NCBI GenBank assembly: GCA_965204375.1
Contig: OZ241986.1
Location: forward strand, 3,808,001 to 3,872,000
DNA length: 64,000 nt
DNA from: Candidatus Latescibacterota bacterium
GTDB taxonomy: Bacteria > Latescibacterota > UBA2968
Direction of reading: 5' to 3'
Shown here: positions 29,856-38,276 of the stretch, one piece after another
How the letters are laid out: the number at the start of each line of letters is the position of its first letter
Position numbering within the stretch: position 1 is the stretch's first letter
Translations under genes and position numbers: made by a program
The notes under the pieces: generated by a model
The model's input: the letters and a program-made list of their open reading frames with translations, nothing else
Database searches by the model: none
Told to the model about the DNA's origin: nothing

Positions 29856-30931
29856 CTGACATGCTCCACAAAAGATAAAATATTGGAAGAGAGTCTATTG
29901 ATCACTTCAACCGAATCGGCCTTCAGGACGACATCCATAATGCCTTCCAGAATTCGCGGGTTTGACGTTTCGGGAAGGTTCTCTAATATCTCAAGAACCC
30001 TCTCTGGCATAGTTTCATAAACGCGAACAAGATAATTGACCGGCGGCCAGAAAGGTGTCCGATAGCCGCCATCCGGTGTTTCTTCTATGTCCGGAGGATT
30101 GTCGAAATAACCATTAGATCTCAAAGGTTCGAGCCATATATCATCTTTAGCATGATCAAAGAAGTAGTCATAGTTGGGACCTCTGGGCTCAATAAGTCTC
30201 AAAGCACGTTCAACTTCAAAGGGTGTGACTTCATTGCCTCGTCTCAGGATAGCCTGCAATTCCGTAAGATCTTCGGTCGTGATCGGTCTGGTAGGATCAA
30301 TCACTGGCCGTTCCAAATCCTCGATTTTAAGTTCTGGTTCAAACGCCTTTATATATTTATCAAGACTGGAAAAATGTGCAATAAACCGGCGTCGCGCACA
30401 GGCTTCGCGGAAATCCCCATCGCCACTGACAACAGCGATATTTGCTTTGTGTTCCTTGTGATAATGTTCCAAAGCACTGAGGATGAAAGCATCAGGAAAT
30501 TCTTTGGGTTTCTTCGAAAATGGCGGTTCTTTTTTAAAATACCAATCAACTACATTATCCAAATCTCCGACGAGGGGCAGTTTCTCTACAATAAAATGTT
30601 CCTTAAACGTCTCCCATTGGCAAATCAGTTCATCATAGCACTTTGATTGCAATTCCTCTTCAGTAGGGAGTTCAATAAGAGACAAAGAATTAATCGGATG
30701 TGCCTCGTTTGCCTTAATCAAATTATTGGCTGCTTTGATAGCTTGTTCGTTGAATTTGCGCAGCAACTCCCGCTCCATCATTTCCGGGATTAGCAGACGA
30801 ATTCCACCTTTGACAAAAGTATCCAGCAATTGAGTAAATGCTTGTGTATCGAATCGATGCCCTTGTTGGACAAAAACTTGGGTGTCAATATAGAGAGATG
30901 TAGGAATGTGTCTCAGGTTCATCTCAGTCAT
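29852..30931 (-). CDS. PIN-domain protein (PIN_12/DUF4935-like) with helical C-terminal extension
   Basis: LYIDTQVF, ERE, PPFS..KEFPDAFI, VVSGDGDF acidic PIN tetrad. Confidence 0.82.
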   Translation of the reverse strand: MTEMNLRHIPTSLYIDTQVFVQQGHRFDTQAFTQLLDTFVKGGIRLLIPEMMERELLRKFNEQAIKAANNLIKANEAHPINSLSLIELPTEEELQSKCYDELICQWETFKEHFIVEKLPLVGDLDNVVDWYFKKEPPFSKKPKEFPDAFILSALEHYHKEHKANIAVVSGDGDFREACARRRFIAHFSSLDKYIKAFEPELKIEDLERPVIDPTRPITTEDLTELQAILRRGNEVTPFEVERALRLIEPRGPNYDYFFDHAKDDIWLEPLRSNGYFDNPPDIEETPDGGYRTPFWPPVNYLVRVYETMPERVLEILENLPETSNPRILEGIMDVVLKADSVEVINRLSSNILSFVEHVR

Positions 30932-31007
30932 CCCGCAAATTCTGTGTCGAATGCTTTTTCCCGTTGAATATCCCTGTCTGCTGATAGGCAGACATTTGTA
31001 TTTCTAT

Positions 31008-31104
31008 CACCACATCCCGCCAAACCCACCAAACCCTTATCCTGTTCATCTTCTCATCCTGCCCATCCTGATTCAGACAGTTTTTGATGTAAACGCTTCT
31101 TTCA
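31008..31104 (+). repeat. GTCTGAATCAGGAT element spacer + right arm, joined to a duplicate of the hsdS 3' end
   Basis: atcctgttcatc..atcctgattcagac; 31064-31104 matches 32208-32248 at 40 of 41 nt. Confidence 0.9.
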
Positions 31105-31111
31105 GTATGGT

Positions 31112-32122
31112 TTAGTCCATCTGTTCCAAGAGCAGTTTCTCCCGCTCAATTTCTGCAATGAGTTCTTCTTCACTTGGCAGAATCAAGCGATACTTGGAAG
31201 CAAAAAGTTGTTCATTGTCTTTGAGCACCGAGAACTTAACAATAGTTTCGTCTTTGGAGGTGCAGAGAATCAATCCAACGATGGGGTTGTCGTCCTCGCC
31301 GCGTTTAAATTCGTCAAACATTCGGACATAGGTATCCATCTGCCCAATGTCCTGATGGGTCAATTGATCGGTTTTGAGATCAATTAACACAAAACACTTG
31401 AGCAAGTAATTATAGAACACCAGGTCAATATAAAAGTGATTGGTCTCCGTACTGATGCGGTATTGTCTGCCGACAAATGAAAACCCTTTACCAGTTTCGA
31501 GCAAAAACTGAGAGAGATTATTGATAATGGCGGTTTCCAAATCCTTTTCTTTCGGAGCAGTTTGATCTGGAAGTTGCAGAAATTCCAATACATAAGGGTC
31601 TTTGATGAATGACGGCAACCCGCTTTTGGGGGAATTGGCAGGAGACACAGTTTCTTCCATTGGCTGTTGCGAAGAAAGCAAGCGTTCGTAATAGAGGGTA
31701 TTGATGTTGCGTTGAAGTTGTCGGACGCTCCAACCTTGCTCCTTCGCTTCGCTACAATAATACGCCCGAGCTTTCGGATTTTTGACCCGCATGATCAAGC
31801 GCAGGTGACTCCAGCTTAATTCTCTACACATTGTGTAGAGAATTTCTTCATTGGGATAAGTCATGTAAAATTGGCGGAAATTCCACAAATTAGCATAAGA
31901 AAATCCTCGTCCAAATTCTTCTGTTAATATCTTCGATAAATTTTCGATGAGCCTCTTGCCGTATTCAGCTCTGGCTTTGCCGCTTTGTTCCTCTTCCACA
32001 ATTCGCCTGCCGACCATCCAGTAGGCTTCAACCATGGCATAATTGACTGCGGAATAGGCTTGTTTTCGGGCATTCTGTAGAATCTGCCGAATATCTTCAT
32101 AAAACGTAGTTGGCTTGTTCAT
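31112..32122 (-). CDS. YhcG/DUF1016 PD-(D/E)xK nuclease-domain protein
   Basis: YWMVGRRI, GFSYANLWNFRQF, LSWSH, KDPYVLEFL, IDLVFY...LIDLK, GQMDTY. Confidence 0.95.
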   Translation of the reverse strand: MNKPTTFYEDIRQILQNARKQAYSAVNYAMVEAYWMVGRRIVEEEQSGKARAEYGKRLIENLSKILTEEFGRGFSYANLWNFRQFYMTYPNEEILYTMCRELSWSHLRLIMRVKNPKARAYYCSEAKEQGWSVRQLQRNINTLYYERLLSSQQPMEETVSPANSPKSGLPSFIKDPYVLEFLQLPDQTAPKEKDLETAIINNLSQFLLETGKGFSFVGRQYRISTETNHFYIDLVFYNYLLKCFVLIDLKTDQLTHQDIGQMDTYVRMFDEFKRGEDDNPIVGLILCTSKDETIVKFSVLKDNEQLFASKYRLILPSEEELIAEIEREKLLLEQMD

Positions 32123-32165
32123 CGTATCAGCACCTCTCCAAGTTGGGCAAGCAATTCATTGCGCT

Positions 32166-32222
32166 TATCCCGCCAATCCCTTATCCTGTTCATCCTTTCA
32201 TCTTGCTCATCCTGATTCAGAC
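32166..32222 (+). repeat. GTCTGAATCAGGAT element right arm that supplies the hsdS stop codon
   Basis: atcctgttcatcctttcatcttgctcatcctgattcagac; hsdS ends ACC GTC TGA inside it. Confidence 0.88.
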
Positions 32223-33023
32223 GGTTTTTGATGTAAACGCTTCTTTCAAAACTGCCTGGAGGAGGTTGTCGGCGTTTGTACGAGAGTACTTGATTTCGGT
32301 CTCAAGTTGACGGCATAAATTCATGAGTGCTTCGACTCGCTCAACGATGGCGACTTGCTCGTCGAGGGGAGGAACGGGAACTAATTTATATCTGATGTCT
32401 TCTCTGCTGATTCCTGGGATTTGTCCTTCTTTTGCATCTTGTAGAGAGTGATACTCGGATGCTAAAAAATTCCAAACATAGTCCCAATTCAGAATAATTC
32501 TTCGCACGGCCATCAATTGTCGTCCAATAGCAACTCTGTCATCTATGAGTGAGTTTATTTTTCCAACACCAGAGCCTTTAACAGTCACCAAAATGTCGCC
32601 AGCATTTGCACATACTTTGGGGTTTGTAGTCCATCTACTGTATATGGGATGCATATCCCCAAAGTCAGAGGGTCCAGTTAAATATGGAATTCCCTTTCCA
32701 TTTGCGTTGTAGTCGGCAACTACGATATGCTGTCCAGAAATTAGCGCAATCACTTCTCCAAATCGACACCATTCCCAGCTATCGGGAATCTCAAATGGAA
32801 TTTCTTCGGGCGTGATGGAGGGTAGTGGTTTTTCTCTCCGTATCTTCTTCTCGACGATGAGCCGTTGCTTCTCCTTTTGGATACGCTCCAAAAGCTGGCT
32901 TGCGGGTTCGACATCGGGGTTTTCTTTACGCCAATCCGTCGTCAGCTTGCCTTGAATCGCTTCTTGTAAAATTGTCTGCTTGAGTTTACCCAGCAGAGCT
33001 TCTTGGTGGGATATCTCTCTTAG

Positions 33024-34744
33024 CCCGACTAATTCATGAAAGTTTTTGAATAGTCTATTTATGTCATCATTTCGATGTTGTAAGCCCTCTGTCCGTGTTT
33101 TTCTGTTTTTGTTGCTCCCGATTGTGTTTTTACCGGGTTCTGACAGGTCAATGTCATTGGTAGAGCGTGCCTGTGGTAGTCAAAAAGGGCAGAGGTTCCC
33201 CCTTGCCCTTGCCTGCCGAGTCTTTGCCCAGCACAAGGCGGTGTGCGCCAGTGATGTTGTCTGCCTTCTGCTTGCCATCTCTGCCCTCCTGCGTTTTGGG
33301 TTAAGGTCCTGCCCTTTTCAGATTGTGTAGGATTTTATGATACAGATGTTGCAAAGGATAGGACACAGGCAGATGGAAGGTGATCCTTGTTTTCAACTCA
33401 CAGACGCGTCCTGCGACTTTGAGGAAGCGATTTTGAATGGTATTGACCTGCGCGTTTATCCACCTTGTGCCATTGAATCCTATTTGCGCCAATGTCTGTA
33501 TCAAGACATAGGCGGCAGAATGGAGAAAGAGGCGGAACTGATTGGCAGTAAAGCTGTGACAGGATGTGCGGTCAGAGTGGAGAAAGGTTTTGTGATTTTT
33601 AATGAAGTTTTCCATCTGTCCGCGCGCACAATAGACGCTTTGATAGATAAAGGACGCCATTGAACTTTTCAGGTTGGTCACGACAAAGCGTGTGTTTTGG
33701 CCTCGGTCACTGATTTCGACCTTGCATACGATGCGTTGTGCCTTGTTCCAACTCTTTGCCTGATAGGAAAACGAGGTAAAAAGACGCACGGCCTCCTTTG
33801 TATGTGCATAAAGCCTTTTGGCCTGCGCGATAAGGGGTTGTGCCGCCTCACAAAGCTTGGCATTGCTGGTCTGTCCTAAGATAAAATACAGGTCATCAGT
33901 CTCACAAAGGTGATGGACTTGCGGACAAGAAAAGTGGGCATCACCCCGCAAGATGATCGCCACATCAGGCCAAGCCTGACGCAGATAGGCCACCAAACGC
34001 TTGATAATGGCGACTATCTGTTGGCCGGTCGGACGGATACCGGGACGCAATATCGTAGTGATCAACTTACCGGTTTGTCCCTCATAAATATGCAAGGGCT
34101 GATAGGTGTAGGCATTGTAATAGCCATTGAATAGGGACAACTGCTGGGTCCCATAAACCGTATCCTGTGTATCATCAATATCTAAGATGATCGCCTCGGG
34201 CGGCTTTTTATACGAAGCGATAAAACAATCGAGGAAGGCACGGGCAATCCGATACAAGTCGCTTCGCCTGATCTGGTTCTCAAACCGGCTCATCGTGGGT
34301 TGACTGCCCAAGTCTTTACCTGAAAGCGGCAAGACACCACAGGCGGCCTTGATACCCGGATCGCTGCGTAAGGCATCACAATCATTGCCATCTTCATACC
34401 CACAGGCTATCTGGAACACCCGTTGCTTGACCAACTCTGCGACGGAGTGCCTCACATAACTCTTATGCCGACGATCCCTGATCGCAGCACTCATGCGTGT
34501 TAAAATGCCAGATTTTGCCTCTACTTCTCGAAGCAATAACGCGCCGCTATCGCTGGTGAGAATGCCCCCATCAAAGGCGAGGTCAAGCCGTTTGCCGAAA
34601 ATGCTTGCCAAAGGAACCTTGCGATGTTTATCTTGTGACCCCATGGTAGTTTCCTCCAAGTCTATTGTTTAATGGTTATGGTGATAACCTATAATAATAC
34701 AATGACTTGAATAAGGAAACTACCTTTTTTATGAATTTTTCAGG
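33024..34744 (-). mobile_element. IS1380-family insertion sequence (1721 bp)
   Basis: Imperfect TIRs CCCGACTAATTCATGAAA / CCTGAAAAATTCATAAAA (14/18); TTAG target duplication at 33020-33023 and 34745-34748. Confidence 0.92.
33301..34659 (-). CDS. IS1380-family DDE transposase
   Basis: FDGGILTSDSG, GYEDGND, SQPTMSRFEN, LDIDDT, LRGDAHF, YCARGQMENFIK, ANQFRL. Confidence 0.95.
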   Translation of the reverse strand: MEETTMGSQDKHRKVPLASIFGKRLDLAFDGGILTSDSGALLLREVEAKSGILTRMSAAIRDRRHKSYVRHSVAELVKQRVFQIACGYEDGNDCDALRSDPGIKAACGVLPLSGKDLGSQPTMSRFENQIRRSDLYRIARAFLDCFIASYKKPPEAIILDIDDTQDTVYGTQQLSLFNGYYNAYTYQPLHIYEGQTGKLITTILRPGIRPTGQQIVAIIKRLVAYLRQAWPDVAIILRGDAHFSCPQVHHLCETDDLYFILGQTSNAKLCEAAQPLIAQAKRLYAHTKEAVRLFTSFSYQAKSWNKAQRIVCKVEISDRGQNTRFVVTNLKSSMASFIYQSVYCARGQMENFIKNHKTFLHSDRTSCHSFTANQFRLFLHSAAYVLIQTLAQIGFNGTRWINAQVNTIQNRFLKVAGRVCELKTRITFHLPVSYPLQHLYHKILHNLKRAGP

Positions 34745-35391
34745 TTAGAATCTTAGATTGCTCGGAACAGCAAGCGTCCATCCGAAAAATAAGTTTGTCC
34801 TGGATATGGAGAGGAGGAGATGGAATGTGGATGCCAAATAGTGCCGTTGGTTGAATGCGTTTCGTAGCGGCTCCTTTGGCGAGTGATACCAAGGTCTTAT
34901 AATAATCTCCCTGTTTGAAAAAGTATTCTATCCATTTTGGTCGAATATCTTCGGAAATATCAAAGGCTGGTAGATCTGAACTGCTTTCAAAGCCATCTAA
35001 TTCATCTGGAATAACACCAAATGCCCCTTTATGTAGATTCTGTTTGCCATAAACAAACTGACCTGAACTTCTAATATAATAACGAGTTACACCTTTTCTC
35101 TCTGCGACTATTGGCCTTTTTTCAACACCCTCTGCATTGAGCCGAACTCTTATGCGATGTCCGACAGAAGGATTTGTCGAAATGATCTTACTTTCCGACA
35201 AGAAATCGCCAATTGGTCTTGATTGCCATTTCATCATGAGTTTAATCCACCGTAACTATTCAGGTCATTTGAATGATTAACCACGAGCAGAGTACAAATG
35301 CCTGTCTGCGTGCAGGTTTTCCGCACAGGCAGGGCCGCCTCTCAAGCCAGTTCAAAATCACAAAAGGATGCTGTTTGAATTGATCACCACG

Positions 35392-35457
35392 AAAAACCGC
35401 TCACTGAATAAAAGCACTTCAGCACAGGCACTGAAGCTATGGCGAGCGGGTTTTTTT
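35392..35457 (-). terminator. Branched hairpin / terminator after the rpn gene
   Basis: aaaaaccgctc...cttcag..ctgaag...gagcgggtttttt. Confidence 0.5.
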
Positions 35458-35506
35458 CGTGCAAATCTGAGGTGCGGATGCGTTGGTTATCTGAGGTTGG
35501 GCCGCG

Positions 35507-35815
35507 TCACGCATCGTCTAACAGGCGTTCAAATGCTTCGAGACTGGTGGCCTGAATTGCCGCACGGAGCAACTGCTTGAGGCGTTGCAAGTCGTCAATA
35601 TCGGCAATGCGAGTGGATAAAGGATGTGTCGCGGAGAGGCCAAATCGAATCGCCAATACGTCGAGAATATCTTCAATAGCGCGTTCTCTTTCTCCCTGTT
35701 CAATGCCCTGTTCAATGCCTTGTTCAATGCCTTGTTTAATCCATTGTTCCTTGTTTTCCTCTATCTCTTGCTCAATCAAGTATTGGGCAAAAGATGATTC
35801 GCGGATGAGATCCAT
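35507..35815 (-). CDS. Putative in-frame internal small protein (RpnS-like antitoxin, 102 aa)
   Basis: Internal AAGGAGG (35821-35827) 5 nt before an in-frame ATG at 35815. Confidence 0.65.
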   Translation of the reverse strand: MDLIRESSFAQYLIEQEIEENKEQWIKQGIEQGIEQGIEQGERERAIEDILDVLAIRFGLSATHPLSTRIADIDDLQRLKQLLRAAIQATSLEAFERLLDDA

Positions 35816-36454
35816 CAACCCCTCCTTTGAAATAAGGTCAGCAATCATTTCTCGATCATGCACTAACCCACCCAACACAGACAAAGCAGTTAGAAAATCG
35901 CCTCTGGCAGATTCATCCAGCGGCAGGTCAGTCGCCCTGTCAACACACGCGCGAAACCACACATCAGAATCCACTCCCTCAGGCGGCTTCATCAATGATG
36001 CAAAGGGTACCAAGCCCACATGTCCCGTATCAAGGACACGCTGCCCTTCTACCTCTATCAGTCTGACCACTTTGTATTGGATAATGAACTGACAGCCAAA
36101 ACGCGCCTGGATGTGGTATCCCGGATCGTTCAGCCCTGCATCGGGACGCAAGTAAATGACAGCAGAATGGATGGGCAGATCATACTGCTCAATGGCGCGA
36201 CCGATGTACCCGGCCATACGACGCGGCATGGGCGGATTCGTGCTGTCGGCGGTTTGAAATTCGTAGTGAATCAATACTTCTTCTTCGCCTATTCGCGCAC
36301 TGATCAAGCTATCCGTTCGGTGTGCATCAATGTTGGGTTGCTCCGTGTCGAGAAGTGCGAGAAATTCAACATCATCCCTATCGAGTGTGAAGCATAAAAA
36401 ATCATGCGGATAGGTCTGGATGAGGCGTTTGGAAATGGTATCATACTTTCCCAT
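35507..36454 (-). CDS. Rpn/YhgA-like PD-(D/E)xK nuclease (RpnL)
   Basis: YDTISKRL, RTDSL..LIHYEFQ, MPRRMAGY, EQGI x3 repeats, IDDLQRLKQLLRAAI; GAGG RBS before ATG 36454. Confidence 0.85.
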   Translation of the reverse strand: MGKYDTISKRLIQTYPHDFLCFTLDRDDVEFLALLDTEQPNIDAHRTDSLISARIGEEEVLIHYEFQTADSTNPPMPRRMAGYIGRAIEQYDLPIHSAVIYLRPDAGLNDPGYHIQARFGCQFIIQYKVVRLIEVEGQRVLDTGHVGLVPFASLMKPPEGVDSDVWFRACVDRATDLPLDESARGDFLTALSVLGGLVHDREMIADLISKEGLMDLIRESSFAQYLIEQEIEENKEQWIKQGIEQGIEQGIEQGERERAIEDILDVLAIRFGLSATHPLSTRIADIDDLQRLKQLLRAAIQATSLEAFERLLDDA

Positions 36455-36826
36455 ATTGGATGCCTCTGGTCTGAGGATGGGTTGTGTTGTGCGACACGCG
36501 GAACACTCAGACCACAAGCAAATATCGGGCCAAAAAACGCCATCATCGTAAAAATTAAGCCACATATTGCAAAAAAAATCTCAAGCACCTCATTCTGCCT
36601 AAAATATGCTGTATTACGCCCATGTTCACAACTTGAATATTAAGGATCACCCGTTAAAATAAATGCGGAGCAGAACAAATGTCGGATACAAAGGTGTACA
36701 TTTTGATTCATGAACAGACGGTATTGTGAAAGATATGTACGCCTTTCTGCCATGCAACCCAACGCAGATGGACGCTAGGAGGCGTTTCTATTACTCAATT
36801 CTCTACACAGCGTGTAGAGAATCTCT

Positions 36827-38263
36827 TCAGCTTTTTAATGTCTTTCCAAGTTGGGCAAGCAATTCATCTGATTTAGCAAACGACTGATGTAGCATATCGA
36901 TCAGTTCGGTGCTACTGTACTGTTTCTCCTCCTCCGGCTGATAGGGATTCTTCACATCCAGATCAAATCCTTCCTTCAAATCCTCAACCGCTACCCGATA
37001 GGCAACTTCATTCTCCTCGCGTTTATCCCACCAGTTTAGCATGGTCTCAAACTCGTGAAACTGAATGGGCTTGGTTTTTGAATAGCTCTTCTGGCCTTCG
37101 GGCAGGCGATGTTCGTAATACCAGATTTCCTTTGTAGGCGTACCTTTTTCAAAGAAGAGAAGATTGGTCGAAACAGTGGCGGGGTGAAAGGTCGATTGCG
37201 GCAGACGAACGATAGTGTGGAGATTACAGTCAGTCAGAAGTTTCTCTCGGATGCTGGCTTTATAGCCCTCTCCAGTGATACAACCGTCTGGCAAAACAAT
37301 AGCCGCACGTCCACCGGGCTTGAGGAGTTGAATCATCAAAATCACAAAGAGATCAGCGGATTCCCGGCAGCGAAAAGCTTGTGGAAAATTCGTCTCTACG
37401 CCTTCTGCGATGCCAGCACCAAAAGGCGGATTCGCCAAAATAACATCCACTTGCTGGCGCGGGCCAATGCTGTTGTATTCCGTCTTGAGGCTATCGGTAT
37501 AATGCCAGTCGGGTACTTCCATACCGTGCAAAATCAAATTGGTGAGACCGAGCACGTAGGCAACGGGCTTGTATTCCCAGCCAGTGATGGATTTTTGCAG
37601 TATTGCTTCATCTTCAAGGGTTTTGACTTCCTGTTCCCGTACATAGTCGATAGCAGCAGTGAGAAAGCCCCCTGTCCCAGCGGCAGGGTCGAGCACCTTT
37701 TCGTCAAGACGCGGGTTGGTTTGCTGTGTCATCAGTTGGGTAATGGCACGGGGCGTATAGAACTCTCCCTTATTACCCGCATCCCGCAACTCAATGAGGA
37801 TGCTTTCGTAAATCGTGCCAAAAATTTGACGGTCTTCCGAGTTGTTGAAATCGAAGCCATTGAGCTGGTTGATAACCTGGCGCATGGCATAGCCAGACTT
37901 CATGTAATTGTTTGAACCGTCGAAAACCTCGCGCACGAGCGCGGCGCGTTCGGAAGCAGTAATAGACTGGAGATTCTTGAGCGTCACAAAAAGGCCATCA
38001 TTGGGGTCGTCAATAAAGGCGAGCAACTCATCGCCAGTGATACCTTCGGGATCCACCGCCCAATTGCGCCACTGAAAAGGCTCCGGGATCACGGAGGTAT
38101 AATTTTCGCGGATGATTTCCAATTCCTGGTCTTTTTCGTCCAAAATCTTGAGAAAAAGCATCCATCCGAGCTGTTCGAGGCGTTGGGCATCACCTGAAAT
38201 TCCTTGATCTTCATTCCGCATGATATTGCGGACGTTTTTAATGATTGCGGAAATATTAGCCAT
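36827..38263 (-). CDS. hsdM: Type I R-M N6-adenine methyltransferase HsdM
   Basis: GEFYTPR, DPAAGTGGF, ANPPF, GRAAIVLP. Confidence 0.96.
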   Translation of the reverse strand: MANISAIIKNVRNIMRNEDQGISGDAQRLEQLGWMLFLKILDEKDQELEIIRENYTSVIPEPFQWRNWAVDPEGITGDELLAFIDDPNDGLFVTLKNLQSITASERAALVREVFDGSNNYMKSGYAMRQVINQLNGFDFNNSEDRQIFGTIYESILIELRDAGNKGEFYTPRAITQLMTQQTNPRLDEKVLDPAAGTGGFLTAAIDYVREQEVKTLEDEAILQKSITGWEYKPVAYVLGLTNLILHGMEVPDWHYTDSLKTEYNSIGPRQQVDVILANPPFGAGIAEGVETNFPQAFRCRESADLFVILMIQLLKPGGRAAIVLPDGCITGEGYKASIREKLLTDCNLHTIVRLPQSTFHPATVSTNLLFFEKGTPTKEIWYYEHRLPEGQKSYSKTKPIQFHEFETMLNWWDKREENEVAYRVAVEDLKEGFDLDVKNPYQPEEEKQYSSTELIDMLHQSFAKSDELLAQLGKTLKS

Positions 38264-38276
38264 ACAGTGTTAGTCC

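Larger units (their letters stand above)
32217..35237 (-). pseudogene. hsdS: Type I R-M specificity subunit HsdS interrupted by an IS1380-family element
   Basis: Removing 33024-34744 and one TTAG restores the frame: QSKIL-REISHQEALLGKLKQTILQEAIQGKLTTDWR..EPASQLLERI; PFEIPDSWEW, PVPPLDEQ, LLQAVLKEAF. Confidence 0.93.

Noticed and set aside
35694-35736. 12-bp tandem repeat (ccctgttcaatg)
   Set aside because: Encodes the ordinary EQGI repeats of Rpn C-termini; not a separate element.
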